The notes below the pieces were generated by a model. That model was not told the DNA's origin. It worked only from the letters and a program-made list of their open reading frames with translations, and did no database searches. Made by a program: the position numbers and the translations under genes. From an uncultured delta proteobacterium (GTDB lineage Bacteria; Bdellovibrionota; FAC87; UBA2466): a stretch of 64,000 nt of DNA. Location: assembly GCA_963778115.1 (NCBI GenBank), contig CAVZSV010000004.1:1280001-1344000 (forward strand), written 5' to 3'. Of the stretch, positions 49,252-60,433 are shown piece after piece. Within the stretch, counting starts at the first letter, position 1. Each line of letters opens with the position of its first letter.

Positions 49252-49626
49252 ATGAAATCGCAGAGTAAAACGAAGATGGGGAAGAAAAAAATTTCCGATC
49301 GGCTAGCAAGACTCCGAGACCTGAATCGATGGGTTTCTGCCGGAGACACTACCCTCAAAGACTTCGATCTTCTTGGAATACAGACGGTTGAAGAGCTAGC
49401 CCATAGCGACGCCAAAGAACTCTTTGATAAATTGTGCCTCTTAAAAGGAGAAAAACTCGATCCTTGCTGTGAAGAGGTTCTTAGAATTGCCGTGGCTGAG
49501 GCGAGAGCGCCAAAAGGGGGAGCAAGAGTCCGAGCTTCGTTACGCTCGTTAGGCCCTTTAAGATCGGCCCATGCGCTCGTGTCGTTGCAGAACCAGTCCC
49601 AGAAGACCTCCAAGACCCGCCATTAA
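49252..49626 (+). CDS. Cdd1-like helix-hairpin-helix protein
   Basis: DFDLLGIQTVEEL...ELFDKLC...LDPC...AV pattern. Confidence 0.7.
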   Translation: MKSQSKTKMGKKKISDRLARLRDLNRWVSAGDTTLKDFDLLGIQTVEELAHSDAKELFDKLCLLKGEKLDPCCEEVLRIAVAEARAPKGGARVRASLRSLGPLRSAHALVSLQNQSQKTSKTRH

Positions 49627-49956
49627 TAACGATCGGAGTAGGTCAGAGAAAGAAGTGCCGATTCCAAAAAGAGTAAGACCTACAATCCTACAGAGAAGCC
49701 ATCCCAGAAATACGAGGGCAAAACTTTCGGCAGGCCCAACTTTACGATGGTAGCCGTGAATCCAAACCGCGCCGAAAGCCACAGCCAAGGGAAAGCTCCA
49801 AATTGAAGTCAGGGCCGCGACGTGCATCAGCGTAAAAAGAATCCCTAATAGCGAGGGAAGAACTACCACCATCTTCGCACTTCCCCGGGCGGAGTAAGGA
49901 ACGAACCAGGTAAAGAACATGCGGTGAGGAACCCGGTACTTCATCAGAGAACTCAT
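49558..49956 (-). CDS. hypothetical membrane protein
   Basis: Several TM segments; ATGA overlap with the M20 gene stop. Confidence 0.6.
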   Translation of the reverse strand: MSSLMKYRVPHRMFFTWFVPYSARGSAKMVVVLPSLLGILFTLMHVAALTSIWSFPLAVAFGAVWIHGYHRKVGPAESFALVFLGWLLCRIVGLTLFGIGTSFSDLLRSLLMAGLGGLLGLVLQRHERMGRS

Positions 49957-51146
49957 CTTAACTTCAAGGTTTTATTCACATGATTGAGAAAACGAGTGAG
50001 TGCTTCCGCTCTCGTGTACAAAGAGGATATCTTAACGAATTCGTTAACAGTGTGCATCCCTCCTCCCACGGGGCCCAATCCATCTATAATGATTAGCCCC
50101 TCACGACTCATTCCATTGGAATCCGCAGCTCCGCCGGATCGCTCGCTTTGGAAAGTCTTCCCTTCCAACTCTTTCAAAGTATCAAGATAGGCCTTAAGAA
50201 AAGGAACCGCGGAAGGCTGTCGGGTAAATGCCGGACAATCATTATCGATCCGAAATCGAGTCTTAGACGGCCGTTTCCCTTCATACGACTTCACGTTTAC
50301 TTTCTTTAAAATAGCCACAACCTTCTTATGAAGCGCGTCGGCCGATTTGCGATCGGTAAATCGGGCATCTATTTTGGCGCAAGCGTTTGCGCACACGACA
50401 TTATACTTATCGCTCCCCCCCGAAAGCGAAGCGATGCTAACGGTAACCTCTTTTTTATAATCGGTGAGACGCTGTAACTTATCGAGCTTTATCGCCAGCT
50501 CATGGCCGGCGTTAATCCCTTTATGGTGGGCTCGACCCGCGTGCGCCGCCTTGCCTTCGACCTCGATGTGATACCAGCGATTTCCCCGGCGGCTATGGAT
50601 GATCGAGCCGTTATCGAGCGCCGGTTCGAACCCAAGCACTATCGCAGAGTCCTTACCGTATTGCGAAAATCCACTCCAATAACCATGAGAACCGGTCTCT
50701 TCACTGGGAGCACATACCAACCGAATCGAAAAATTGGGACTTTCTTTGGCTAAGAAATTTTGCACGCCTTTAATAGCGACGATAATCCCCCCCTTATCAT
50801 CTATGACGCCCGGGCCTACCGCCGTTGCTCCGTCGTGAGAGAGGGTAAAATTCTGGAAAGCAGATTTCGGCTCGAAAACGGTGTCCGCGTGGCAAACGAG
50901 GGTTACAAACTTTTGGTATTTTCCGATTATCGTACCGACTAATAGCTCCGCCGAAAGATTGGACCCGTCGGGATTGGGAATAAGGCGTGTCTGAAAGCCC
51001 AGTTTTTCTAATTCAGGCCTAATGACCCGTTGGATCTCATTCACCCCTGCTATGTTGGAGGTGCCTGAGTTGATTTCGACCAGTCGTTTAAGCAGCTCGA
51101 CGCGATCATCAGTGGAATAGACATATTTCGAAGCCATAGCGGCCAT
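49953..51146 (-). CDS. M20-family metallopeptidase (carboxypeptidase G2-like)
   Basis: HADTV, GPGVIDDKGG, EETGS, AHAG, GGAAD, DGLGPVGGGMH. Confidence 0.92.
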   Translation of the reverse strand: MAAMASKYVYSTDDRVELLKRLVEINSGTSNIAGVNEIQRVIRPELEKLGFQTRLIPNPDGSNLSAELLVGTIIGKYQKFVTLVCHADTVFEPKSAFQNFTLSHDGATAVGPGVIDDKGGIIVAIKGVQNFLAKESPNFSIRLVCAPSEETGSHGYWSGFSQYGKDSAIVLGFEPALDNGSIIHSRRGNRWYHIEVEGKAAHAGRAHHKGINAGHELAIKLDKLQRLTDYKKEVTVSIASLSGGSDKYNVVCANACAKIDARFTDRKSADALHKKVVAILKKVNVKSYEGKRPSKTRFRIDNDCPAFTRQPSAVPFLKAYLDTLKELEGKTFQSERSGGAADSNGMSREGLIIIDGLGPVGGGMHTVNEFVKISSLYTRAEALTRFLNHVNKTLKLR

Positions 51147-51275
51147 TCTACTACAGGGAACCGCAGGGATGTCATCCTCTCAGCGAACTTTTGACACATC
51201 GACCAATAGGCCAGTCAAACGGGTTAGTTTTATTACCTCGCCCTAGATCGGTTTCTATGTCTAAAATAGCATCCA

Positions 51276-52007
51276 ATGGCGTGGACCTATTATATTTACA
51301 GCTCCCTCACCGTAGAACGAATTCAAGAACTAGAAAGCAAATACTCTGAAGCTTTCTCGAATTTCCTCGAAAAACATCCCGAACTTGCCGATACCGACGA
51401 AAGCACCGGAATGGTTTTCGTGGGATCACTAGTCCCGAGTGTGGACGAAGTCGTAGCCGCGAACGCTGAATTTGAGATCTCCATTCACTCTACGATCCTA
51501 GACCGGCTTAAGGACTGCCGATCGGTTATCGAAATCGAAAATCCCGTATCGCCCGAATCTAGCCGCCTTCAAGTCACTACACTCCGTTTTCTTCTCGAAA
51601 ATTCGGATAAAGCCATCATGGACTGGGGAGACTATCAACTACAGTTATCCGAGAAAGCACTTGCTAAGATAAAGGGCCTGGATAGTTTTGGAGAAATGGG
51701 AGCTAGCTCCTCTGGTTCGAAAGCTCCAGCTGCTCCGGTGAAAGAGGCCCCGGGAGAATTTCGCGCCAAACATATCGTCCACCTTTTTCACATGGCGGAA
51801 GAGAACCACGAGCTAGCCATCGATCTTCAGAAAATGATCACCCGTCAACCGGAGCCGATTCAAAAGTACCTGGCCCATCTCTTCAGCCATGGACCGATGG
51901 GAGATGCAGAGGCCGCCAAGGGGCTAGCAATACCGGCAAAGACTCTGACGTCTTTGATGCCAGCATTAGAGAAGGCGCTGGCCGCGATTGTGGATGATGA
52001 TGAATAA
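51276..52007 (+). CDS. hypothetical protein
   Basis: 243-aa ORF; possible C-terminal helix-turn-helix-like segment. Confidence 0.7.
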   Translation: MAWTYYIYSSLTVERIQELESKYSEAFSNFLEKHPELADTDESTGMVFVGSLVPSVDEVVAANAEFEISIHSTILDRLKDCRSVIEIENPVSPESSRLQVTTLRFLLENSDKAIMDWGDYQLQLSEKALAKIKGLDSFGEMGASSSGSKAPAAPVKEAPGEFRAKHIVHLFHMAEENHELAIDLQKMITRQPEPIQKYLAHLFSHGPMGDAEAAKGLAIPAKTLTSLMPALEKALAAIVDDDE

Positions 52008-52137
52008 GAGGTGGGTACTTACGCTTCGTCGAGCCGCATCCCTCTGATATTCCTACAGTTTCAGAATTTTCTCCCCTCTCCGCATTGCCTTTTCTCTTCA
52101 TTCGTGTAAATTGCCGCATCTAGTCAGAGGATCCCAT

Positions 52138-53697
52138 ATGCCGATTTCGGAACCCAGAACAGAGACGAACGCCTTGCTGCGAGTTATCCATTTAGACGAC
52201 GAGCCCTTTGAGCTAGAGCGCTTTGCCAAAGTCTTGGGAAGTCCCGGACTCAATACCGATTTCGTAACCGAATCGATTGATACGCTAGAGAAATACCGTG
52301 CGCGTCTTGCGCGCCATCCTCAACCCGACATCGTAATTTTGGATATTCATGTGGGAGGTTCCGCCAAAGGTGGCGTCGATGCCGTTCAACAGACGAGAAG
52401 TATTCTTCCCGATGTCGTTATTCTAATGTGCTCCGCGATGGACGATGTCTCCACCATTGCCGAGTGTCTGAACATGGGTGCGGACGATTTTTTGTCGAAG
52501 CGCTCCGATCACAGAGAGCTAAGTCTGAGAGTCCAAAATTCTTACAAGCTAGCGAAATTAAAGCGAGGCATCGGAAAATCAAATTTTGAAGCCTCTGAAA
52601 TAGGCCGTCGATTGCCCAAGTTTGCCGGGGCGACCCTTGAAAGAGTCTCTAGACGTGTTCCTCAAATTATCGGCTCCGCTATCTCGGCCGTCCACGTGCA
52701 TGGAGAATCAGGAACCGGTAAAGAAATGGTAGCCGATCTATTTTCCCATTTTCTGGGAACCTCCGTCCCCTTCGTCAAAGTAAATTGCGGAGCCATCGCT
52801 CCTACCCTGCTCGAGAGCGAACTTTTTGGTCATGTCCGAGGCGCTTTCACGGGAGCTTTAGCCGACAAAAAAGGGCTAATAGAAGCTGCAAACGGAGGTT
52901 GGATCTTCTTGGATGAAGTCGCAAGCCTAAGTGGTTCCGCCCAAGTTGCTCTTCTTCGAGTATTGGAAAATCAAGAGTTGCTCAGAGTGGGAGCCACAGC
53001 GCCCAAGGCTATTCATGTCCACGTGCTATCGGCGACCAACGAGCCGCTTCCCCAACTAGTGAAGCAAGGGAAATTCCGTAAGGATTTATGGCAACGGCTC
53101 TCTGAAGCGGAAATCGAGCTCCCTCCCCTACGAGAGAGGCTCCAAGAGATAGAAGCGATGGTCCGACATTTTTGTTCCCTAATGCCGGGCGGACCCTATG
53201 AAATCAGCGAACCTGCCATGGAAGTCCTTTCCAGTCTGCCTTGGAAGTCGGGAAATATTCGAGAACTTCGTAACTGCCTTCGCGCTATGACCGAGCTCCA
53301 TGTGAATAAGCTTTTAACCCCACTCGCCATCCCAGAGCGAATCTGGAAACAGATGGAAGAGAGTAATGAGGGAGATTCCTTCGAAGGGGAAGAGATCGCT
53401 TTGAAAACAGTCGTTCCCAAATCACAAAAGTCCCAGTCCCAGATAACTAGAGCCGAGGATATTGTTATCCCTCTGCCAGATCTAGACATGATCTCTTTCG
53501 ATATTCTCTCCGATAAGCTGCTCTTGGAACTCACCAGAAAGTTAACGGACCGAAAAGGAAAACTTTCACTCCGTCAGTTGGCGAAGGAGATAGGAATTTC
53601 AAGAAGTACCCTTTCGGGACGCCTTAAGGCCTTAGTACATAAGGACTTGATCCCGCTAAACGACCTCGTTAATCTGGTCGGCCTAAGTCAGAAATAA
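52138..53697 (+). CDS. sigma54-dependent response regulator (REC-AAA+-HTH)
   Basis: LDDE/ILDI receiver, GESGTGKE, ESELFGH, GAFTGA, FLDEV, GNIRELRN, C-terminal HTH. Confidence 0.93.
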   Translation: MPISEPRTETNALLRVIHLDDEPFELERFAKVLGSPGLNTDFVTESIDTLEKYRARLARHPQPDIVILDIHVGGSAKGGVDAVQQTRSILPDVVILMCSAMDDVSTIAECLNMGADDFLSKRSDHRELSLRVQNSYKLAKLKRGIGKSNFEASEIGRRLPKFAGATLERVSRRVPQIIGSAISAVHVHGESGTGKEMVADLFSHFLGTSVPFVKVNCGAIAPTLLESELFGHVRGAFTGALADKKGLIEAANGGWIFLDEVASLSGSAQVALLRVLENQELLRVGATAPKAIHVHVLSATNEPLPQLVKQGKFRKDLWQRLSEAEIELPPLRERLQEIEAMVRHFCSLMPGGPYEISEPAMEVLSSLPWKSGNIRELRNCLRAMTELHVNKLLTPLAIPERIWKQMEESNEGDSFEGEEIALKTVVPKSQKSQSQITRAEDIVIPLPDLDMISFDILSDKLLLELTRKLTDRKGKLSLRQLAKEIGISRSTLSGRLKALVHKDLIPLNDLVNLVGLSQK

Positions 53698-53964
53698 GAC
53701 TTGCAGCCATTCCGCCTCTTTTTCAAGATTCGCCAGAGCTCGGGACACGGAAGCAAGTTTTGCTTCTCGCATTTCGTCGTCAAACTTATAGCCGTCTTGC
53801 AAAGCTTCCAAAGCGAAGCGCAACGACCTCAGAGCTCCAGTGACGTCATGACTTCGTTTGGCCAAAGCGCTCTTTGCTTGTGCATCCTGCTTGATAGTTA
53901 TTTTCAGCTCCCCAAGGGCAAGCTGTTCCATGCAAATCTGATCGTCTTTCTTACGAACGCTCAT
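53683..53964 (-). CDS. small protein with HisKA-like H-box helix pair
   Basis: SD GGGAG before ATG; KRSHDVTGALRSLRFALEAL; overlaps the ndh stop. Confidence 0.55.
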   Translation of the reverse strand: MSVRKKDDQICMEQLALGELKITIKQDAQAKSALAKRSHDVTGALRSLRFALEALQDGYKFDDEMREAKLASVSRALANLEKEAEWLQVLFLT

Positions 53965-55291
53965 GATGTTCTCCCACGACAGGCTCTTCACGGGCCATGT
54001 CCGTAATTAACCGGGCTCCTCGTTGAAACGTAATATACGCCCATGCCCATTGGATCATCACCATGATCCGATTTCGAAATCCAATGAGGTAATAAATATG
54101 CACGGCAATCCAAGCAAGCCAGGCCGTGTTCCCACTCAGTTTAATCTTCCCCAAGTCGGCAATAGCAAAGCGTCGCCCGACCGTCGCAAGATTTCCTTTA
54201 TTGCGATACTGAAAAGGATCGAAGGATTTCTCTCCTTCCACTTGGCGAATGATATAATCGGCGACGTAGCGTCCTTGTTGCATGGCAACGGGAGCGACCC
54301 CGGGCAGCGGTTTTCCGGTAGGGCCGCTGACACACGCCGCATCCCCGATGACAAAAATCTCAGGGTGGTTGGGAACCGATAAGAACGGAGTTACGATCAC
54401 TCTTCCCGCGCGATCGGTCTCGGCCCCCAGCCATTTGCCGGCCGGAGACGCTACCACTCCCGCAGCCCACATAATGGTAGGAGAGAAAATCCATTTTCCA
54501 TTTACTTGAACCCCATCGCGCCTGACCTCTTCCACTCGAGAGCCGGTTCTTACGTCGACACCCAGTCGTTCTAACTCCCGACGAGCTTTGTCAGCTAAAT
54601 CTGGAGGAAACGTTGCCAAAATATTGCTTCCGGCTTCGAGCAAAATCACTTGGGTCTGACGGGGATCGATATGATGAAAATCCGCGGCCAGAGCCCGGTG
54701 CGCTAATTCCGCGATGGCTCCGGCCATCTCCACTCCGGTGGGTCCCCCTCCGACAATCACAAAAGTAAGTAGAACCTCCTGATTCGCCGGATCGCTCTGT
54801 CTTTCGGCGGCTTCGAAGGCGAGTAATACTTTCTGACGAATTGCGATGGCATCAGGGATCGTTTTGATGCCTGGAGCATAATTCTCCCAGGCTTCATGCC
54901 CGAAGTAGCCGTGCCGAGCCCCAGTAGCTAAAATCAAATAGTCATAAGACAGTCGGCTGTCTACGGCTGCGACTTCACGCCGATCTACGTCAATGCCAGT
55001 GACCTCCGCCATTAATACGTCCGTATTTTTCTGATCGCGCAAGACACTGCGAATGGGGGTTGCAATATCGGCCGGCGAAAGGCCCGCAGTGGCCACTTGG
55101 TAAAGCAGCGGCTGAAAAAGATGGTGGTTGCTGCGATCGATGACGGTGACTTGGAGAGGAGCTTTGGCAAAAGCTTTGGCGGCTTTTAGCCCACCAAATC
55201 CGCCTCCCACGATGATAACTTTAGGTAAAGAACTTCTACTTTCCGGCGTTTCCACACGCCCAAGTATACTCAATCTCACCAAGGTGTACAT
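53951..55291 (-). CDS. ndh: type II NADH dehydrogenase
   Basis: VGGGFGG, HLFQPLLYQVATAGL, VGGGPTGVEMAG, IGD, AMQQG; start may be GTG at 55255. Confidence 0.92.
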   Translation of the reverse strand: MYTLVRLSILGRVETPESRSSLPKVIIVGGGFGGLKAAKAFAKAPLQVTVIDRSNHHLFQPLLYQVATAGLSPADIATPIRSVLRDQKNTDVLMAEVTGIDVDRREVAAVDSRLSYDYLILATGARHGYFGHEAWENYAPGIKTIPDAIAIRQKVLLAFEAAERQSDPANQEVLLTFVIVGGGPTGVEMAGAIAELAHRALAADFHHIDPRQTQVILLEAGSNILATFPPDLADKARRELERLGVDVRTGSRVEEVRRDGVQVNGKWIFSPTIMWAAGVVASPAGKWLGAETDRAGRVIVTPFLSVPNHPEIFVIGDAACVSGPTGKPLPGVAPVAMQQGRYVADYIIRQVEGEKSFDPFQYRNKGNLATVGRRFAIADLGKIKLSGNTAWLAWIAVHIYYLIGFRNRIMVMIQWAWAYITFQRGARLITDMAREEPVVGEHHERS

Positions 55292-55361
55292 CTTGGCCTG
55301 ATTCTGCTATCTCATTCGACATGATTTTTCGAATTTTCGTACCCCCAACGCCTAAGCTTTC

Positions 55362-57292
55362 ATGAACGCCCAAATAGTCCTAGAAAAAATTGGGGTCCGA
55401 TTCCCCGGCAGAACCCTGTTCGAAGACGTCAATTGGACGCTTTACGAAGGCATGCGAGTAGCGCTAGCCGGCAGAAATGGCTCGGGGAAATCGACCCTGT
55501 TGCGGATCCTTTCGGGTCGCGCCGAATCCACGGAAGGGCGATGTAGCATGGTAGGCTCGCGAAAGCCCAAGATAGGCTATTTGGACCAGACCCTTCTCGA
55601 CTCTGCCGTGGTGGAAACCCTCAACAAGAAAGAAAACAGTCTCTCCCCGGTGGCCTACATTAAGGAGCGATTACATTCTCAAATTGATGAGGATGACACC
55701 CATCTTATTGTCTCTGATGAAGAGCAGGAATGGGAGACGCGCAAGATCTTAAGCGGTCTAGGGTTCGACAAAGGGCTGATGGACAACCCGATGAACCGCT
55801 TAAGCGGAGGTTGGCTGCTCCGCATGTTCATCGCCACAGCCCTTTTGGAAAAGCCTGAAGTCTTGTTGTTAGACGAACCCACCAACCATTTGGATATCTC
55901 TTCCATCCAGTGGCTGGAAGAGTTTTTGACTAATGAGTATCAGGGAAGCTTAGTCCTCATCACCCATGACGTCGCCCTTCAAAAGAGGACGACGGAATCA
56001 CTCGCCATTCTCCACGGCGGCCGATTCTATTTTCGCACTCACCAGCGCGATTACCTCACCTTTCGAGAATCTCTGGGAGACGATCGCAGGATCCTCGAAA
56101 AGACGATCGAAGGGACCGAACGCAAGATTCAAGAGAATCTCGATTTTGCCGCAAAATTTCGGGCCAAAGCCAATACCGCCGCACGCGCACAGAGCAAACT
56201 CAAGACCGCGGAAAAATTTCAAGAGGAGCTTGTCGAACTCAAAGACAAACTCGCCCGGATTGAAGGCTTTAACTACAATCTTAATTTTAGATTCCGGCTC
56301 AATGAACCCGGCTCTCGGTTTCCCATATCGCTTAAGGACCTAAGCTTTCGCTATGCCGAGAATGCTCCTTGGATCATTAAGAACGTCTCAATGGACGTAA
56401 AGCGCGGACAGCGCATCGCCATCATCGGAGACAACGGAGCCGGTAAGACAACCCTTCTGAACCTTATCGGGGAGAGGCTGAAGCCTACCGAAGGACAAGT
56501 CTTCAAAGGCAGCGGAGTCCAGGACGGTTATTTTGGACAACATCAGCTGGACGAACTCTCGCTTGACGATACTCTTGTGGATAATTTGGCCTTTCGCGCC
56601 AAAGGAGTCAGTCTCGAACAACTTCGCGGCTGGCTAGGTGCCTTCGGCTTTCCCGGAGCCGAAGCCAGTATGAAGAAAGCCAAGGTCTTAAGCGGCGGCG
56701 AAAGAGCGCGTTTGGCACTGCTACGAATTTTAGTCACCCCGATCAACGTCTGCTTGCTCGATGAACCTACCAACCATTTGGATGTCGAAACTAAAGAGCT
56801 TTTGAAAGATGCCATGCGAGCGTTCGAAGGAACGACTATTTTCGTTTCTCACGATAGAGATTTTGTGGAAGGGGTAGCCGACAGGATTATCTATCTCTCC
56901 AGCGATCATCACTTGACCGACCACTTGGGAGACCTCAACAGCTTTTTTGCAAAATATCCGCAATACGTTCGCCACAACGAAGCTAAGCGAAAGCCATCCA
57001 CTCCCGCTCTCACAGTCGCCCCTCAGCCAAAGAGCGCTTCGAGCCAACTCTCCTACGAAGATCGCAAGAAAACGAAAAATCTAATGCGTTCTCTCGAGCG
57101 AAAAGTGGAAGCCGCGGAAAAGGAGATGGAACAACTCGGCCGTGAGAAGGACGCGGTGCATCAAGCTAGTTCTTCAGACTCCTCCAGAAGCTTGCCGGAC
57201 TCGAGCAGAGCCTGCACAATCGCATGGTCGAATGGGAAAAATGGAGTACGGAGCTCCAGGAGCTACGCACGAAGTACCCAGATGTTAAGTAA
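55362..57292 (+). CDS. ABC-F family ATPase (frameshift near 57180)
   Basis: Two ABC domains (LSGGW, LLDEPTNHLD twice); the coiled-coil tail ...RMVEWEKWSTEL...DVK* lies in the -1 frame. Confidence 0.9.
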
Positions 57293-57372
57293 AAAAGTGA
57301 CTTTTTGATCCAGTCTTACCCCCAGCTGAATCTAAAGCCAAAAAGAGCCGATTAGTTTATGAGGTAAGGACC

Positions 57373-58381
57373 ATGAAAGTTTTGCTTATTGGGGGAACCT
57401 CTTTTTTTGGAAAAGACATCGCCCGTTTTCTCGACGTGGCAGGCCACCAGGTAACTCTTTTTACCCGTGGAAATGTCAGACCTGAAGATCTGAGCCGGTT
57501 CGCCCACATCAAAGGTGACAGAAAAGTAACGGCAGATCTTGAGCGAGCAGCCCGTTCCGATCAATGGGACATCGTCATCGACAATATCGCTTACGACGCC
57601 GAGACGGTGACTAACGCTCTTAAGATCTTTCCCAAGATAAAACAGTACATTTTGACCAGTACCATTTCCGTCTATCGTTTTGCCCCCGATCACGCCAGTC
57701 AGCCCTTAATGGAAGACTCTGTCGATTTCGACTTTCGCCCTGCGGATGAAAAGGCGGATGACATTCACTGGAAATACGCCCGTGGAAAGATGGAAGCCGA
57801 GCGTGCTCTCATCCGCCAGGACAAAGTCGCTTGGTCGATCTTGCGGCCTCCCATCGTCTACGGTCCTCACGATATTACCAACCGTGGCTTTTGGTATCTA
57901 AGCCGATTACTCCACGGAGGTCCCATCATTCTTCCCGACGGCGGAACTAGTTCCACGCGACTGGCCTACAGCCTTGATGTCGCCCAGGCCTATCTACCTC
58001 TCATCGAACGCCCGATCGCTCAGGGAAGAATTTATAACGTCGGCCAGTCAGAAATTATTACCCTGAGAGATTTCATCGACGACAGTGCTCTTATTTTGGG
58101 AAGAAGCCCGCAATACGTGACCGTCCCTTTCCATGCCGCTGGCGATTTGGGCGGCCCCTACGCGATGGATAGAAATTGGATTCCCGATATCGAACTTGCC
58201 CGCAATGACTCTAGGTTTCATTCCCACAGCTTGGCCAAAGTTCGCCAAGGTAAGCGCTACTTGGTTTAGAGACTGCTGGAAAGGTGACGAGAAAAAGCTT
58301 TGCGAAACCCGCGAACAGGAGCTTGCCCTGGCTCGTGAGTGGCTAAGCATTGCAGGTCGAGCGAAAGCCTCAGCTCAGTAA
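57373..58381 (+). CDS. NAD-dependent epimerase/reductase (frameshift near 58210)
   Basis: IGGTSFFG, YARGK, RPPIVYGP; removing one base gives ...ARNDLGFIPT... running to 58381. Confidence 0.85.
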
Positions 58382-58478
58382 TTCCTAGATAAGGCTCCTT
58401 CAATAACCCTTTTATTTTCTAAGACTTGCTCTACGCCAATTGTGGAGCCTGACCCGCTGTGCTACAACGGGTTATCGC

Positions 58479-59297
58479 ATGAAATTTCGAACCGGCATTC
58501 TTTTGTCTTCGCTTGTAGTTGGGATGCTATCCACGAACGCTCACGCCGAAAATAGAATAAGCCGCCTTATCACGAGCTGCGGAAGAACGATTTGGCAAAC
58601 TTCGACAAGATGGCTCGGTTCCTGGGGAAAACCCAGTGTTACCCTCAGCGGAGAAGCGGTGGCGTCTTGGCTAAACGAAAATTATAACGGTTTAAGTCCC
58701 ATGCCCCTCGGTTTGTTAAAATGGAAATCCCCGACAGGAGAGGATTTTAGTATCACCGTTGGAAAAATCGCTTCGTTAAGCGAGGACTTTCAGAAAATTA
58801 TCAAAATGCTCAAGGAAGATTCTCTGAGCAATCCCGAAATGCCTTTCCGGGAAGTAGCCGCCTTCTACGTTCCTTATAGAAACCTTCCCTACCAAACCAT
58901 GATCTTCACTTCAGATCGTTTTGATAGAGTCCACCATGAAACCCATAGAGCGGCAGCCGACCAGCTGGGACTACTCGATACCGGAAGCCCACAAACTCAG
59001 GGCTTTAAATATGTCGTGCACTTTCATACCCATCCGGGGCCTGAATATCGCAAAGGAACCTCTAAAGAACGAGCCAACATAGCGCTCCTGCCAAACTTGA
59101 AGGACATGAAAAATTACAAGAGCTGGTCGGATGTCTTTACTGCTAGTGCCGGCCGCACGGTTCCCGTAACCGGCATCGTATTACCCATGGGAAGAATGTG
59201 CGACGACACCTATTTTATGGTCACCGTCTATCCCGATCCTAGTGAAGTAAGAAAAATTAAAGAGAACTTTGAATTACATTCCGCAGAGACTCACTAG
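58479..59297 (+). CDS. secreted protein with JAB/MPN-like HxH motif
   Basis: Signal peptide ending AHA; REVAAF...VHFHTHP...LPNLKD. Confidence 0.6.
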   Translation: MKFRTGILLSSLVVGMLSTNAHAENRISRLITSCGRTIWQTSTRWLGSWGKPSVTLSGEAVASWLNENYNGLSPMPLGLLKWKSPTGEDFSITVGKIASLSEDFQKIIKMLKEDSLSNPEMPFREVAAFYVPYRNLPYQTMIFTSDRFDRVHHETHRAAADQLGLLDTGSPQTQGFKYVVHFHTHPGPEYRKGTSKERANIALLPNLKDMKNYKSWSDVFTASAGRTVPVTGIVLPMGRMCDDTYFMVTVYPDPSEVRKIKENFELHSAETH

Positions 59298-59299
59298 GC

Positions 59300-60388
59300 T
59301 TAGTGAGCGGCGGCGGAAATATCGACGGGCGGTGTTTGACGTGGAGGCATCGCTTTGGGTCGTCTGGTTTCCGAAGTTCTTAGCTGTCCGCATGCCGCCG
59401 CGATGTCTCTTCCTCGGCTTTGCCGGTAAGTAGCGGTTAGCCCCTTATTGAGAAGAATATTCTGGAACGCAAAAATGCGTTCGTCTTTCGGACGTTTAAA
59501 ACCCACAAACGGGTTTTCGTTGTAGGCCAGTAAATTTATCTTGCAGGGAAAATCCGACACTAGACTGGCCAAGCGGTGGGCATCCTCATTGGTGTCATTG
59601 AAATCGCGAATGAGCAAATATTCGAAAGTGACTCGACGCCGCGACTTAAACTTAAGATTCCGGCAGCAGTCCATGAGCCCTTCGATCGGATACTTTCGAT
59701 TAACGGGCATTATAGTCGCCCGCTGCTCGTCGGTCGTCCCGTGAAGCGAAATGGCCAAATTTCCCAAATTGGTATCTACAAATTTTTGGATTCTGTTCGT
59801 AAGCCCCACCGTGGAAAGCGTAATGTGACGCTTTCCTATCTTTGGCCCCATTGGATCTTGAAAGATGGCCATGGCTTTCATCACTTCATCAAAATTATCG
59901 AGGGGCTCTCCCATTCCCATGAGCACAATATTGTTTACGGGGGCCGGCGTCGGAAGACTAATCAACTGATCGACCATCTCCCAACTCTTTAAGTTACGAG
60001 TAAATCCCATGTAGGACGTCGCGCAAAAGGTGCAGCCCATTTTGCATCCGACTTGGGTGGAGATACATAGCGTATTGCGATCCTCTTGGGGAATAAAAAC
60101 CGCCTCCACCTTTTCGTTGTCTTCAAGCGCAACGAGATACTTTATGGTTCCGTCATTGGACTGCTGATGGGTCGCAACGGTTACTTGGGGCAACACATAT
60201 TTCTGGTCTAATTCAGACCGAAAATCTTTGCTGAGATCGGTCATCTGGGAGAAATCATTGACACGCCGCTGGTAAATCCAGCGAAACAGCTGTCGGCCGC
60301 GAAACGGAGAATGGCCCTGCTCTACAATCTTCTGCTCGAGCTCTTGAATGGGATAGCCTTTTAAATTCTCTTTCACCGATGGACTCAT
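59300..60388 (-). CDS. rlmN: dual-specificity RNA methyltransferase RlmN
   Basis: CKMGCTFC radical-SAM motif, MGMGEP, DIAAACGQL. Confidence 0.97.
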   Translation of the reverse strand: MSPSVKENLKGYPIQELEQKIVEQGHSPFRGRQLFRWIYQRRVNDFSQMTDLSKDFRSELDQKYVLPQVTVATHQQSNDGTIKYLVALEDNEKVEAVFIPQEDRNTLCISTQVGCKMGCTFCATSYMGFTRNLKSWEMVDQLISLPTPAPVNNIVLMGMGEPLDNFDEVMKAMAIFQDPMGPKIGKRHITLSTVGLTNRIQKFVDTNLGNLAISLHGTTDEQRATIMPVNRKYPIEGLMDCCRNLKFKSRRRVTFEYLLIRDFNDTNEDAHRLASLVSDFPCKINLLAYNENPFVGFKRPKDERIFAFQNILLNKGLTATYRQSRGRDIAAACGQLRTSETRRPKAMPPRQTPPVDISAAAH

Positions 60389-60433
60389 ACCATAAGAAAA
60401 ACGTTTCCCCGACCCCTTTTTAAATCCGCGGCC

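Noticed and set aside
49152..49613. 153-aa minus-strand ORF, and the many other short overlapping ORFs in the track
   Set aside because: Shadow frames of better-supported genes
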